A stretch of DNA of 64,000 bases from Candidatus Obscuribacterales bacterium (GTDB lineage: Bacteria > Cyanobacteriota > Vampirovibrionia > Obscuribacterales > Obscuribacteraceae), in NCBI GenBank assembly GCA_965228855.1, contig CBDDIJ010000002.1, forward strand, positions 2,432,001 through 2,496,000, written 5' to 3'. Within the stretch, counting starts at the first letter, position 1, and each line of letters begins with the position of its first letter. Under the pieces are notes generated by a model. The model searched no databases, was not told where the DNA came from, and saw only the letters and a list, made by a program, of their open reading frames with translations. The position numbers were made by a program, and so were the translations under genes. Below, in pieces: positions 37,456 through 47,993 of the stretch.

Positions 37456-38709
37456 CTAAGGCAGGACGATTCTTTCTAGTTGTTCTGACGAGTTATCTCC
37501 AGGCTGTGGCGCGGGAGAGCTTTTGGGCGAGTGCTGAGAGATTGGAAACACGTCGCTGTCGGTGAAGATGTTTCGAGATTCTCTCTGGGGCGCGGGTGCT
37601 GATTGTGTGGCTAGATTCGAATGGGAGCGCGCGGGTGTCCTCGCCGCATCTTCTTGCAATTGGAAAATAGACTGAAGCAGTTTGTTTGGCTTCGTTTCCT
37701 TTGTCGCGCTGGTAGGTTCTGCTGGTGGTGGTTTCTCAATCGAGTTCATCGAGGGCGGCTTTGTGATCGGCTTATCCACTGCTTTGTCAGAAGCCTTCGG
37801 TAGTGACTTCGCTTTTGCTTTATCTGATGGTGATAATTGTTCTGAAGACTCGCGCACACTCTGGGGTGGCATACCCGGTACCGTATATGGGGCGTAGCCG
37901 AACATCTGCATCTGATTCAATGGAAATGCCATCGTGGGTGGTGGCGGAGGAACCAGCACCGTCCGAGATGTTTTGGAGCTTCTAGGAAGTCTCGATGATG
38001 GAGAGGCAGAGACGGGTTCTGAATTCTCCCGGTTCCTACTCATTTTACGCCTGGCGTGCTTCGATGACTTAGACTTTTGTGAAGAAAACGGACTAGCCTG
38101 TTTTCCTGTCTTCGTAGTACCACCGATTTCCCTTGAAGTTGTTGACGAAATCCCTCTCTTTGTAGTTTCGCCGGCTTGCGGTTTCAGCAACTTCACTGCG
38201 GACGGAGCGATCGCGGGAGGCATTGCAGCAATAATCTTTGCTGCTGCCCGCTCGAAACCTCCCGGCACAAAGTAGAAAAAGCTGCCGAGTGTGATGGCGC
38301 AGATACCGCCGAAGACAAGCGCTAGCCTCCATGATTGGTCGGGCGCGCGGTGAGTTTCATACCGCTCTGGGTCGTAAGTGTAGATCGGGGGCTCAGGTCT
38401 TGCGGCTTTCCGCGCCATTCCGGGCATAAAACTCGCAGGCACCAGGTTTTCATTGAAAAAGCTCATTGAGAGCCTCACGTTTGTTCCGTCCGAAAGCCTG
38501 AGCGCCAGGTCGGAGACAGACGCGAGCTCGTCTTCTTCCATCGGCACCTCGGTTTGGGCCGCGAGGCAAACAACTTTGTTTGTCCGAGGGTGGACGATTC
38601 GCTTTGCTAGTGAGACTTGAACCGTGGGTGCTAAGTATGTTCCGACTGGTTCTACCGTCACTGCACGGCTTTCTTCCTCGGTTGCGGGAATGAGTTCTGT
38701 TCCTTTCAT
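37456..38709 (-). CDS. Hypothetical single-TM protein with long Pro/Ser/Lys-rich disordered region
   Basis: 417-aa ORF; TM at WRLALVFGGICAITLGSFFYFV; VPPPPP motif. Confidence 0.65.
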   Translation of the reverse strand: MKGTELIPATEEESRAVTVEPVGTYLAPTVQVSLAKRIVHPRTNKVVCLAAQTEVPMEEDELASVSDLALRLSDGTNVRLSMSFFNENLVPASFMPGMARKAARPEPPIYTYDPERYETHRAPDQSWRLALVFGGICAITLGSFFYFVPGGFERAAAKIIAAMPPAIAPSAVKLLKPQAGETTKRGISSTTSREIGGTTKTGKQASPFSSQKSKSSKHARRKMSRNRENSEPVSASPSSRLPRSSKTSRTVLVPPPPPTMAFPLNQMQMFGYAPYTVPGMPPQSVRESSEQLSPSDKAKAKSLPKASDKAVDKPITKPPSMNSIEKPPPAEPTSATKETKPNKLLQSIFQLQEDAARTPARSHSNLATQSAPAPQRESRNIFTDSDVFPISQHSPKSSPAPQPGDNSSEQLERIVLP

Positions 38710-38987
38710 TTTGCGCGAGACCCGAAATCTTGCTAACGACGCCTTTTTTTCGATATTGGATAGTGATCTATATACCGCGGAGTCTTTTCTTTCTAACTCC
38801 TGGAGCGGTTTTTCGTTAATCGAAAGAATCTAATCCTTCGAGTATATTTCAAAGAGGCGCATCCAATCTCTGTTGTCGGGAACGAGATCGCTTCGAGTTC
38901 GGAAGGAAATTTTACCGATTTCGAAGCAGTTGCTATGGCCTTCTAGTGGGTATGAAACAATTGCATTATCTAAGGATGGAGTCGACA

Positions 38988-39374
38988 ATGTCAGTCACGC
39001 TTACAGTGTGCGAGAAAAGTCCAGGTGGACCGCCTGCCGAAGAGTATTCACTCGAGCTCAAAGAAGAGCGAATCACAGTGCGCGATTTGATTCAAAACAT
39101 TGTCTTTCATCAAGTTTATAAACTGAATACTGCCGCGCGAGATTGGAATCGTATGGCGGATGCCAGAGAGCAATTGCTGAATTCTAAGCCTGCCGGCCAG
39201 GGACGTACGATAGATTGGGTTCCGAAGTTCGAGCAGGCTCTCAAGGCGTTTGAAAATAATCAGATCGTTCTTCTCGTTGATGACACTCAGGTCGAGGAGC
39301 TTAACGAATTCGTTGATTTGACTCCGAAGACAAAGGTAACTTTTTTGAAACTTGTTCCGCTAGTTGGGGGCTAA
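38988..39374 (+). CDS. Ubiquitin-like (MoaD/ThiS beta-grasp) small protein ending in Gly-Gly
   Basis: ITVRDLI helix, IVLLVDD strand, C-terminal VTFLKLVPLVGG-stop. GGAG RBS. Confidence 0.7.
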   Translation: MSVTLTVCEKSPGGPPAEEYSLELKEERITVRDLIQNIVFHQVYKLNTAARDWNRMADAREQLLNSKPAGQGRTIDWVPKFEQALKAFENNQIVLLVDDTQVEELNEFVDLTPKTKVTFLKLVPLVGG

Positions 39375-39375
39375 G

Positions 39376-41862
39376 ATGTCGCTTTTCAAAAAGCTTGTGG
39401 ATGTGTTTTCCGGAGAGAACACCGAATCCGGTGGCGGACTGAAATTGTCTGCAGAGTCAAAAATGTTGTTTGATGCCTACCTCAACGAAGCATTCAACAT
39501 GAACGCTTATGACATGACGGCCGCAAACAGTTTGGCCGCGAAGGAAATCAGCGAAGCTGCCCCTGAACTGCAAATGGAGATTCTCAAAGAATCGATGCGC
39601 AGGCATAACGAAGCACACTCTTATAGCGATCACATCACGTTGAAGCAGTTGGAAGAGATGCTTCTTCGTAAACACTTGAAATACTCGGAGGAGGACATTC
39701 TAACGATTTTCGCAATAGCAGGCAGTGCCAAGAAAAGCAGTTGGAGTTCTCCTCATAGCGCATGGCTTGCTGGGATTGCTGAGCGTTATTCGAAGGAAAA
39801 CCAGCTGTCCGATGACGTCAAATTGGCATTTCAGTCGCTTGTAGATCGCTTGATAGCTGAGTCGAATGACGCGAGCACTCGAAAACTAGTTCGAGCGTTG
39901 ACCGTTTTATTAAGTGATGCGGGCGAGAATGCCGTGCCGTTTGCCGTGAACGGCTACGAGGCTTGGGGAGCAAAAGCTATAGCTGACGTTCGAGCGCTGC
40001 CGGATGAACCACTGTTGAACTGGAAACGTCTTTTAGAGTATGCCACTACTTGCAGTGGCAGCACGCCATCAAAAAGGTGGCAAGATGGTGCCCTCAAGTA
40101 CTTACAAAAAGTTGACCAGGAAGTTTTTGTGAACTTCATAGACAGCTGGTTCTCGCTTGTTGGAACTAGAGGGACCTATCCTGAAAAACAGAGAGACCGT
40201 TACTCGATAGATCCTAACGAAACGCTGACCTCAGAAAGTGCGGATTTGCTAAAAGGTCTGGCGTGGATATCTATTCAAGTAGATGATCCGCGTCTGGCGC
40301 GCGCACTCGGCGATGCTGCCAACGCTAGTTTTAAGAAAGTCGTTAACGTCGGACCACGTTGTCCGAAACTTGGGAATGCGTGTGTCGGTGCCCTGAGTAA
40401 CTTGAAATCGAAAGAGGCGATTGCGCAATTGGGTCGTTTGAAGTCCAGCGTGAAACACGCCTCCACTCGCAATACAATCGAGAAGGCTTTGAACAACGCC
40501 GCGACCAGAGCTGGTATGTCAGTGCAAGACCTCGAGGAATTGAACGTTCCCGATTACGGTTTCATGGAGGTTGGAAAGTTTGTACAAAACTTCGAAGCCC
40601 ACCGCGCTGAGATCGTGATTGATGGTTCCAGCGTCTCATTGCATTGGTTCGATGTCACCAATAAGGAACACAAGTCAGTTCCAGCCAAGGTGAAATCCGA
40701 CCATCCGGCCGAGGTGAAGGCACTTAAAAAGACACTGGACGATGTCGAAAAACAGCTCTCTGCGATTCGCTACAGAATAGAGACCAGTCTGATACGGCAG
40801 CGACATTGGGCGTTCAAGGATTTGAAGGAGCGCTACCTGGAGCATCCGATCGCGGCTGCGATAGCGCGCCGCCTAATTTGGCGAGTCAATGGAAAATCAG
40901 CGATTTATCTCGATGGCGAAATGGTCGATGTGCAAAGTTGTCGCGTGGAAACACCTGATAATGCAATTGTGGAACTCTGGCATCCGGTTGCGTCTGAAGC
41001 TGAAGAGGTGCTTGCCTGGCGGATGTTCTTGCGCGGTCATGAAATCACTCAACCGTTCAAGCAGGCTCATCGCGAAATATATGTCCTTACTCCTGCTGAA
41101 ATCGAGACGGACACGTATTCGAATCGTTTCGCCGCGCATGTTTTGAAACAGCATCAATTCAATCAACTCTGCCAACAGCGGGGCTGGAAGTATCGTCTTC
41201 AGGGGGCCTGGGATAGTTACAACACACCATACCTTGAGTTGCCGCAATGGGATTTGATCGCGGAGTTTTTCGTTGAACCGGTAACAGATGAGGCGTCGGC
41301 AACCGGAATATTCACGCACTGCGTTTCCGACCAATTAAGATTTAGAAGGTCGAACGGTGAATCGGTATCGCTTGTTGAAGTAATGCCTATCGTGTTAACG
41401 GAAGTGATGCGCGACCTCGATTTGTTTGTCGGGGTTTGCAGCATCGGAAACGATCCAACCTGGATCGACGCCGGAGACACTCACCACGGTTACTGGCATG
41501 CCTTTTCATTTGGTGACCTTTCTGCGTCCGCGGAAACGCGCAAGGACGTTCTAAAAGAGATTTTACCAGCTCTGAAGATCAAGGCGAGGTGCCGGATAGA
41601 AGGAAAGTTTTTGATTGTGCAGGGCGATATTCGAACATACAAGATTCACCTTGGAAGCGGCAATATCTTGATGGAACCGAACGATCAGTATCTCTGCATC
41701 GTTCCCGAGCGTGGTGGCAAAAGCAGTGGCACTTCAAAAATCTACCTTCCCTTTGAAGGCGATGGAGTTTTGTCCGTGATTCTAAGCAAGGCTATGATGC
41801 TAGCAAATGACTCGAAAATCACGGATCCAACTATCGTGCGTCAGATCAATTTTAGAACCTAG
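39376..41862 (+). CDS. DUF4132-type large protein (helical N-half)
   Basis: GNACVGAL, EELNVPDYGF, LEHPI...ARRLIW, LWHPV, QPFKQAHREIY, SNRFAAHVLKQHQ, EVMRDLDLFVGV, YKIHLGSGNILMEPNDQYLCIV. Confidence 0.8.
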   Translation: MSLFKKLVDVFSGENTESGGGLKLSAESKMLFDAYLNEAFNMNAYDMTAANSLAAKEISEAAPELQMEILKESMRRHNEAHSYSDHITLKQLEEMLLRKHLKYSEEDILTIFAIAGSAKKSSWSSPHSAWLAGIAERYSKENQLSDDVKLAFQSLVDRLIAESNDASTRKLVRALTVLLSDAGENAVPFAVNGYEAWGAKAIADVRALPDEPLLNWKRLLEYATTCSGSTPSKRWQDGALKYLQKVDQEVFVNFIDSWFSLVGTRGTYPEKQRDRYSIDPNETLTSESADLLKGLAWISIQVDDPRLARALGDAANASFKKVVNVGPRCPKLGNACVGALSNLKSKEAIAQLGRLKSSVKHASTRNTIEKALNNAATRAGMSVQDLEELNVPDYGFMEVGKFVQNFEAHRAEIVIDGSSVSLHWFDVTNKEHKSVPAKVKSDHPAEVKALKKTLDDVEKQLSAIRYRIETSLIRQRHWAFKDLKERYLEHPIAAAIARRLIWRVNGKSAIYLDGEMVDVQSCRVETPDNAIVELWHPVASEAEEVLAWRMFLRGHEITQPFKQAHREIYVLTPAEIETDTYSNRFAAHVLKQHQFNQLCQQRGWKYRLQGAWDSYNTPYLELPQWDLIAEFFVEPVTDEASATGIFTHCVSDQLRFRRSNGESVSLVEVMPIVLTEVMRDLDLFVGVCSIGNDPTWIDAGDTHHGYWHAFSFGDLSASAETRKDVLKEILPALKIKARCRIEGKFLIVQGDIRTYKIHLGSGNILMEPNDQYLCIVPERGGKSSGTSKIYLPFEGDGVLSVILSKAMMLANDSKITDPTIVRQINFRT

Positions 41863-41956
41863 ACGGCAATCGAGCAGAGTGCGTTCATAGCACGTTCACC
41901 ACGCGGTGCTAAAGTTGGAAACGTCAGCCTCAGCACTCCGTGTGAATGTCATTCAA

Positions 41957-42403
41957 ATGCAACTGCTGGTAATTCTGTTAGTGGTGAACGCTTGTCTTGC
42001 CTGGTTTATGACTGGGCTTATCTGGTTTGTCCAGATCGTGCACTATCCGATGTTCGACATGGCATCCAGAAATGAGTTCGTGCAGTTCGCAAACCGGCAC
42101 TGCCAGTTGACTACGAGCGTTGTTGCACTGCCGATGGTGGCAGAGTTGCTGTGCTCTTTTTTACTTGCTGTCCTCTGGAATGGGAATGGAAAACTTTTAG
42201 TCTGGCTCTCTTTTATTCTTGTCGTCGGAATCTGGTTTTGCACTGTCGCCTATTCAATCCCGAGCCACAACAAGTTCTGCAGTGTTGGATTCGTTCAGGA
42301 AACCCATCAGTATCTAGTAACGACCAATTGGGTCAGAACCATTTTGTGGACCGTCCGCGCAGGGTTGCTGGCTGTTCTTCTCAGTCGACTTCGTTTCAAC
42401 TGA
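41957..42403 (+). CDS. Conserved 4-TM membrane protein
   Basis: MTGLIWFVQIVHYPMF...P.H...NWVRTILW pattern. Confidence 0.7.
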   Translation: MQLLVILLVVNACLAWFMTGLIWFVQIVHYPMFDMASRNEFVQFANRHCQLTTSVVALPMVAELLCSFLLAVLWNGNGKLLVWLSFILVVGIWFCTVAYSIPSHNKFCSVGFVQETHQYLVTTNWVRTILWTVRAGLLAVLLSRLRFN

Positions 42404-42604
42404 GCTACCGACAGTTTGCAAGTCCGAAAGTTTGTGATAGCTTTACCACCGATTTTAATCGTGAGGTCTGGTAAACCGAGACCGCACTCGCGGTTGCCGC
42501 TACTTAAGCGAAGCCATCCCCGGTCGTATATACTGAGAAGTGGGTGCCGGTCGGCGCCAGTTTGAAAACCTGGTAATACAAGCGGGCTTTGCCTGGAGGC
42601 GAAT

Positions 42605-42913
42605 TTGAGCTCATCTTACAAACCCAAGCGCCTGAAATTCTGGCATGTATTGTTTTGGTTCATGATGATAGCTATCGGGATCAAGGTTGCGATTATCGGT
42701 GCCTTCCTGATGCTGGGGCTCTTGCCTCATGAATTGCTGTTTGCATTCTTTTCCAAGCTCTGGACACTTGGACCGACCTTTATGCTCAACGGCTTAATCG
42801 TATCGAGTGTGGGATTTTTGATTGTCTTTCTCTGCGTCTGGATGCTTATGAAAATGAGCGGAGACTGCAACAAGCCTGACCCCGCCAAGTCGATGGACGA
42901 GTTCTTAACCTGA
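42605..42913 (+). CDS. Small hypothetical membrane protein
   Basis: GGAGG RBS before TTG; two hydrophobic helices. Confidence 0.55.
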   Translation: MSSSYKPKRLKFWHVLFWFMMIAIGIKVAIIGAFLMLGLLPHELLFAFFSKLWTLGPTFMLNGLIVSSVGFLIVFLCVWMLMKMSGDCNKPDPAKSMDEFLT

Positions 42914-43132
42914 ACCACGCTTTTAATCTTTGATCTGATCGAGCGCGCTGCGCTTTGCTGCGACCTTGCCGGTCTTTTGGCGGCAGCGCGCGAGTTGTCA
43001 CTAGTAAATATTCGCTCAAACACACGCACAAAACACCCCCACTTTCGGATACTATCTCGATGTGTTCATCGGAGACCGGCTGGTTCGGCTTCGAGACTCT
43101 TTGTTCGCTTGATCACATAGGAATCCATCGTT

Positions 43133-44215
43133 ATGCCTCATATGTTTGAACCGCTCACCGTCCGTGGTGTCACACTGCGAAATCGCATTTGTGTTTCGCC
43201 GATGTGTCAGTATTCGTCAGTCGACGGACATGCAACTGATTGGCACTTGGTTCACCTCGGCTCAAGAGCCGTTGGTGGAGCGGCTCTGGTGATCGCCGAA
43301 GCCACTGCTGTCGAGCCGGAAGGCCGAATTTCTTTTGAGGACGCCGGCATCTGGGCGGACTCTCATATAGAGCCTTTGAAACGCATTACGAAATTTATTG
43401 AAGAGCAAGGCTCGGTGCCAGGAATTCAAATTGCACATGCCGGCCGGAAGGCGAGTACGAAGCGCCCCTGGGAAGGTGGCGGCAAGTTGCCGTTGGATCA
43501 AAACGGTTGGCAACCGGTTGGACCGAGCGCGATTCCATTCGACACAGACTATCTGATGCCGAAAGAATTGACTCTCGACGAAATCGGTGCGATTCAAGAA
43601 AAGTTTATAGCGGCAGTAGAACGAAGTCTCAAAGCCGGCTTTAAATGGATGGAGTTGCACGCTGCTCACGGTTATCTCTGCCATAGTTTTCACTCGCCGT
43701 TGTCTAATCAGCGCAAAGATCAGTATGGTGGCAGCTTTGAAAATCGAATTCGATTCACGATTGAAACCGCCACTAAGGTTCGCAAAGCCTGGCCTCAAGA
43801 GCTGCCGATGAGTGTACGCCTGTCATGCAGCGATTGGGCCGACGGTGGATGGACGATTGAAGAATCAATTGAGCTCAGCAAGCAACTTAAGGCTTTAGGC
43901 GTGGATCTGATTGATTGCAGTTCCGGTGCCGGCACGCCACACGCGAAAATACCTGTGGGTGCGAACTACCAGGTTCAATTTGCCGAAGCGATTAAGCGGG
44001 AAGCTGGTATCATGACTGGTGCCGTCGGAATGATTACCGAGCCGATGCAAGCGGACGCGATCGTTCGTATGGAGCAAGCTGACGTTATCTTCTTGGCTCG
44101 CGAACTTCTTCGTGATCCTTATTGGCCCGTTCACGCTGCACAAATTGTACATAAGTCGGACGCTGTTTCGTTGCCCGATGCCTACCAGTATGCCGCCTAT
44201 CCGAAACGCAAGTAA
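43133..44215 (+). CDS. namA: NADH:flavin oxidoreductase (old yellow enzyme, YqjM/NamA type)
   Basis: NRICVSPMCQYS, IQIAHAGRKAS, ELHAAHGYL, ARELLRDPYW. Confidence 0.9.
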   Translation: MPHMFEPLTVRGVTLRNRICVSPMCQYSSVDGHATDWHLVHLGSRAVGGAALVIAEATAVEPEGRISFEDAGIWADSHIEPLKRITKFIEEQGSVPGIQIAHAGRKASTKRPWEGGGKLPLDQNGWQPVGPSAIPFDTDYLMPKELTLDEIGAIQEKFIAAVERSLKAGFKWMELHAAHGYLCHSFHSPLSNQRKDQYGGSFENRIRFTIETATKVRKAWPQELPMSVRLSCSDWADGGWTIEESIELSKQLKALGVDLIDCSSGAGTPHAKIPVGANYQVQFAEAIKREAGIMTGAVGMITEPMQADAIVRMEQADVIFLARELLRDPYWPVHAAQIVHKSDAVSLPDAYQYAAYPKRK

Positions 44216-44227
44216 AAGGAATTTGTG

Positions 44228-44842
44228 ATGAGTAAGTATTCGAAATTAGATAAAGACAAAGCTGTCGTTCTGCTTGTTGATCATCAGGCCGGACTTCTGT
44301 CTCTGGTCCGCGACTTTTCGCCGGATGAGTTTAAAAATAACGTTTTGGCGCTCGCCGACATCGCGAAATTTTTTAAATTACCGACGATATTAACGACCAG
44401 TTTTGAGCAGGGACCGAACGGTCCCCTGGTGCCGGAGTTGAAGCAGATGTTTCCTGATGCTCCATACATTGCTCGCCCTGGTCAGATCAACGCCTGGGAC
44501 AATGAAGAATTCGTTGCCGCCGTCAAAAAGACCGGGCGGAAACAGTTGATCATTGCAGGTGTAGTGACAGATGTTTGTGTGGCTTTCCCTGCTTTGTCGG
44601 CGCTGGAAGAGGGCTTCGAAGTATTCGTAGTTACCGACGCATCCGGCACGTTCAATCCCGTGGTGCGTGATGCGGCATGGGCCCGAATGTCTGCAAACGG
44701 CGCGCAGCTAATGAACTGGTTCAGCGTCGCGTGTGAACTGCATCGCGATTGGCGCAATGATATCGAGGGATTAGGAACGCTCCTTGCGAACCATTTGCCA
44801 GCGTACGTCAACTTAATGCAGAGCTACTCCGTTAAAAAGTAG
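44228..44842 (+). CDS. ycaC: Isochorismatase-family cysteine hydrolase YcaC
   Basis: LLVDHQAGLLSLVRD, RPGQINAWDN, GVVTDVCVAFP, ELHRDWRND. Confidence 0.9.
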   Translation: MSKYSKLDKDKAVVLLVDHQAGLLSLVRDFSPDEFKNNVLALADIAKFFKLPTILTTSFEQGPNGPLVPELKQMFPDAPYIARPGQINAWDNEEFVAAVKKTGRKQLIIAGVVTDVCVAFPALSALEEGFEVFVVTDASGTFNPVVRDAAWARMSANGAQLMNWFSVACELHRDWRNDIEGLGTLLANHLPAYVNLMQSYSVKK

Positions 44843-44855
44843 CTCTGCCAGTTTC

Positions 44856-45710
44856 CTACGGTGTATTGCCGTTGGTGTTTTGTTGCCGTCTTTGTTGATG
44901 TCGCTGCTTCATCTCATTAACAAACTGGTCACGCTGCGCTTGCTCATTCGCATCGAGTGAACCGTCACCGTTGGCGTCAAATCGTTGCATCAGCTTTTGC
45001 TGACGCTCTTGTTTTTTGCCGTTGTTCCAGTCGCCGGCGACATTGCTTCGGTTTTTGCCGCGAAAACCGCCAAAGTTTTCCATTGGACCACCGGCGCCCT
45101 GGTTGCCGTCTCCGGGAGGACCAAACTCGCCAGGCCCACCAGGCGGTCCGAATTGTCCGGGTCCCTGACCTCCGTTTCCCTGACCTCCGAAACCGGGACC
45201 GCCATTTCCGCTGCCGCTCAGACCGCCACCGCCGAACCCTCCACCCTGTCCGCCAAAACCGCCAGGACCGCCATGGCGTCCGCCGCGTCCTTTACCAAAC
45301 TTCTCCCGCAGTTCCTGGGCTTTTGCTTTCTCCGAAGCATCCAGGGTGCCGTCACCGTTAGCGTCGAACCGTTGCATAAACTTGGCTCGTCTGGCTTCAC
45401 GGTCGGCTTCGCTGCCGCCGAAACCACCGCCCTGCCCAGGTCCACCGCCCCCCATGAAGCCGCCCTGTCCGGGTCCGCCCTGGCCTTGCCCTCCGAATCC
45501 TCCACGCCTTCCAGCGTGTTTACCTTGCCAGCCACCGGCTTCATTAATAGGTGGAGCAACCTGAGGCGGCTGTTCATCGGGTGTGCCCTGTGCAGGTGGT
45601 GGCTGATTCGGGTCTGTTTGAGCCCCGACCTGGGCCATCGCGGCTGGCGCCAGGGTTGTTAAGGCTGTCAAAAGCGAACCCAGCGCTATCAATCGGTTTA
45701 AGTTTCTCAT
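44856..45710 (-). CDS. Secreted Gly/Gln-rich protein with two EF-hand motifs
   Basis: Signal peptide ending AMA; FDANGDGTLDASE and FDANGDGSLDANE. Confidence 0.8.
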   Translation of the reverse strand: MRNLNRLIALGSLLTALTTLAPAAMAQVGAQTDPNQPPPAQGTPDEQPPQVAPPINEAGGWQGKHAGRRGGFGGQGQGGPGQGGFMGGGGPGQGGGFGGSEADREARRAKFMQRFDANGDGTLDASEKAKAQELREKFGKGRGGRHGGPGGFGGQGGGFGGGGLSGSGNGGPGFGGQGNGGQGPGQFGPPGGPGEFGPPGDGNQGAGGPMENFGGFRGKNRSNVAGDWNNGKKQERQQKLMQRFDANGDGSLDANEQAQRDQFVNEMKQRHQQRRQQNTNGNTP

Positions 45711-45797
45711 ACAGGATAACTCCGTAAAATGGGCTCAGGGCGTCAACGCCACCAGGGCGGGCGTTTCGCTCCGGGAAGAACGTCTAGACTAGATAGG

Positions 45798-45825
45798 TAG
45801 ACGCAGTTCCGAGATAAAAAGTTCA
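45798..45825 (-). promoter_or_regulatory. ECF-sigma-type promoter candidate
   Basis: Minus strand TGAACTTTTT-N12-CGTCTA about 90 nt upstream of the EF-hand gene. Confidence 0.45.
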
Positions 45826-45912
45826 ATGCCGTCACAAGTTCTGAAAAAGTTTAATCAAACTTGCTAGGTATGCTATCAAGTGATAGTGAGTGAATGATGA
45901 GGAGATCCGTAG

Positions 45913-46791
45913 GTGTCTTCGGAAAATACTGAGAAGTTTTTCGAGCGTTACCGCGACGATAAGGATAAGTACGGCTTCAACCTGAAGTCCTGCAAGGACT
46001 CAGAGCCGTTTTTCCGCTTCCTGTACCAGAGATGGTTCGACGTCACGATTGTCGGGCTGGAAAACATTCCTGACGATGGTCGGGCGGTCATGTACGGAAA
46101 TCATTCGGGCGTCTTGCCCATCGACGGCGTGATGCTGTACGACGGCATAATTAACGACCATCCGAATCCTCGCCGCATTCGCTTTCTGGTTAATGAGTTC
46201 ATCCGAAAGTCGCCGGGTGCAGGTGGTATCATTCGCGGTTTCGGCGGCGTTCCTGCAAAGTATGATGTTGCCGTTGAACTTCTCAAGGATGAGGAGCTGG
46301 TGTTCTTCTATCCGGAAGCCGAAAAGGGCACGGGGAAACTCTACAAAGACCGCTACAAGTTGCAGGAGTTCAATCCTGGATTCGTCAAAGCGGCCCTGGA
46401 GACCGACTCTAAACTGATACCAGTTGTCACCGTGGGTGGTGACGAGATTTATCCACTTTTAGGAAATTTGAAACCATTTGCAGATCTCATTGGCGCTCCG
46501 TACTGGCCGATTACGCCCTTTTTCCCACTTCTCCCATTTCCATTGAGCGCAATGCCGCTGCCGGTCAAGATTCTGATTTGCGTCGGCAAACCATTCGAGT
46601 TGGATATCCCCAGAGAAAAGGCAGATGATCACGCCATCGTGGATGCGGAAGCCAGGAAGCTGCGTCAGAACATACAATCGACGCTGGACGACCTCCTGTT
46701 GCTTCGGGTTAATCGCTACATGAAGTGGGATTTGCAGAAGGTTCAGCGCTATTACGATGAGCATATTGTAAACGTCAATATGAACGCCTGA
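45913..46791 (+). CDS. PlsC-family lysophospholipid acyltransferase
   Basis: NHSGVLPID (HX4D), FYPEA, IPVVTVG. GAGGAG RBS. Confidence 0.85.
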   Translation: MSSENTEKFFERYRDDKDKYGFNLKSCKDSEPFFRFLYQRWFDVTIVGLENIPDDGRAVMYGNHSGVLPIDGVMLYDGIINDHPNPRRIRFLVNEFIRKSPGAGGIIRGFGGVPAKYDVAVELLKDEELVFFYPEAEKGTGKLYKDRYKLQEFNPGFVKAALETDSKLIPVVTVGGDEIYPLLGNLKPFADLIGAPYWPITPFFPLLPFPLSAMPLPVKILICVGKPFELDIPREKADDHAIVDAEARKLRQNIQSTLDDLLLLRVNRYMKWDLQKVQRYYDEHIVNVNMNA

Positions 46792-46931
46792 GCTGGTTCT
46801 AGGTTGTTTGATTTGAGTGTCTGCGCGCACGTTTAACATCGATATAACTTGGACCCCGCTAAAATTCTCGTGCGGTACAGTAAGGGGATCGCCAGGAGCG
46901 AATCCGGCAGATCGCAGGAGATTTTAAGAGT

Positions 46932-47993
46932 ATGAGATTTAAGTCGCGTTTGTTTGGCTCGCTGAGCGCATTTTTGCTTGCATCGTCTGTGGTGGCATGC
47001 CAGCCGGGAGTGGCTTCTGATCAGCATTGGGGATACGTCAATGTGAAAGGCGACTTTATAATCAAACCTACTTATCTAAATGCGGGTAACTTCAGGGATG
47101 GCTTAGCCCCTGTGCGCGTCAAGGTTGAAAGAGATGGCAACTCTGACGAACGCTGGGGTTTCATCAACAAACAGGGCGAAATGACTATTGAAGCTAAGTT
47201 TGATGAAGTGCTCGAGTTTCAAAACGGTCTGGCTCCAGCGAGGCTACCTGATGGTAAGTGGGGTTATATCGATAAAACCGGAACCTTCGTGATCGAACCT
47301 CAATTCGATCGTGCCGACTGTTTCTCCGATGGACTGGCGGCTGCGTCTGATGGCTCCAACTGGGGATTTATAGACCAGCGAGGTAATTGGGTTATTAAAC
47401 CGCAATATCAGATCGCTTGCCGTTTCTCCGGAGATCGCGCCGCCGTGCTGCACAACGATGGAACCGGGATGTTATCGTTGAGCGTGCGGGACGATATTTA
47501 CACTGCTCACGGTGGTCACTGGAATTACATCGATAAATCGGGGAAGGTCGTGATTGATTCACTCTTCGACGGGAGTGGTATCTTCGGTGATGGCTTGGCG
47601 CCGGCGGCTGTGGGCGCTAATCAAGGTGTTGCTGTTCCTGATAAATGGGGCTTTGTGAATAAGTCCGGTATGCTCATTGTTAAGCCGCAGTTTGCTGCTG
47701 TTCATGCGCCATCTGAAGGCATGGCTGCGGTTCAAACCGGACAGTGGAAAAAGATCGGACAGGGTTTTAAAACCTGGATGCCCGGTAAATGGGGATATAT
47801 CAATACTAAAGGCAAGCAGGTCGTCAAATCTCAGTTTGACGGTGCGGATCCATTTTCGGAAGGACTCGCAGGTGTTCGAGTCGATGGAAAGTGGGGATAC
47901 ATCGACAAGACAGGAAAGATTGTGATTGAACCAAAGTATAAATATAATGGGGCTTTTTACGAAGAATTGGCGCCGGTTTGCGTTACACAATAA
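46932..47993 (+). CDS. WG-repeat (KWG) lipoprotein
   Basis: Lipobox VVAC; repeated WG[Y/F]I[D/N]K.G..VI.PQF..A..FS[D/E]GLA. Confidence 0.9.
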   Translation: MRFKSRLFGSLSAFLLASSVVACQPGVASDQHWGYVNVKGDFIIKPTYLNAGNFRDGLAPVRVKVERDGNSDERWGFINKQGEMTIEAKFDEVLEFQNGLAPARLPDGKWGYIDKTGTFVIEPQFDRADCFSDGLAAASDGSNWGFIDQRGNWVIKPQYQIACRFSGDRAAVLHNDGTGMLSLSVRDDIYTAHGGHWNYIDKSGKVVIDSLFDGSGIFGDGLAPAAVGANQGVAVPDKWGFVNKSGMLIVKPQFAAVHAPSEGMAAVQTGQWKKIGQGFKTWMPGKWGYINTKGKQVVKSQFDGADPFSEGLAGVRVDGKWGYIDKTGKIVIEPKYKYNGAFYEELAPVCVTQ

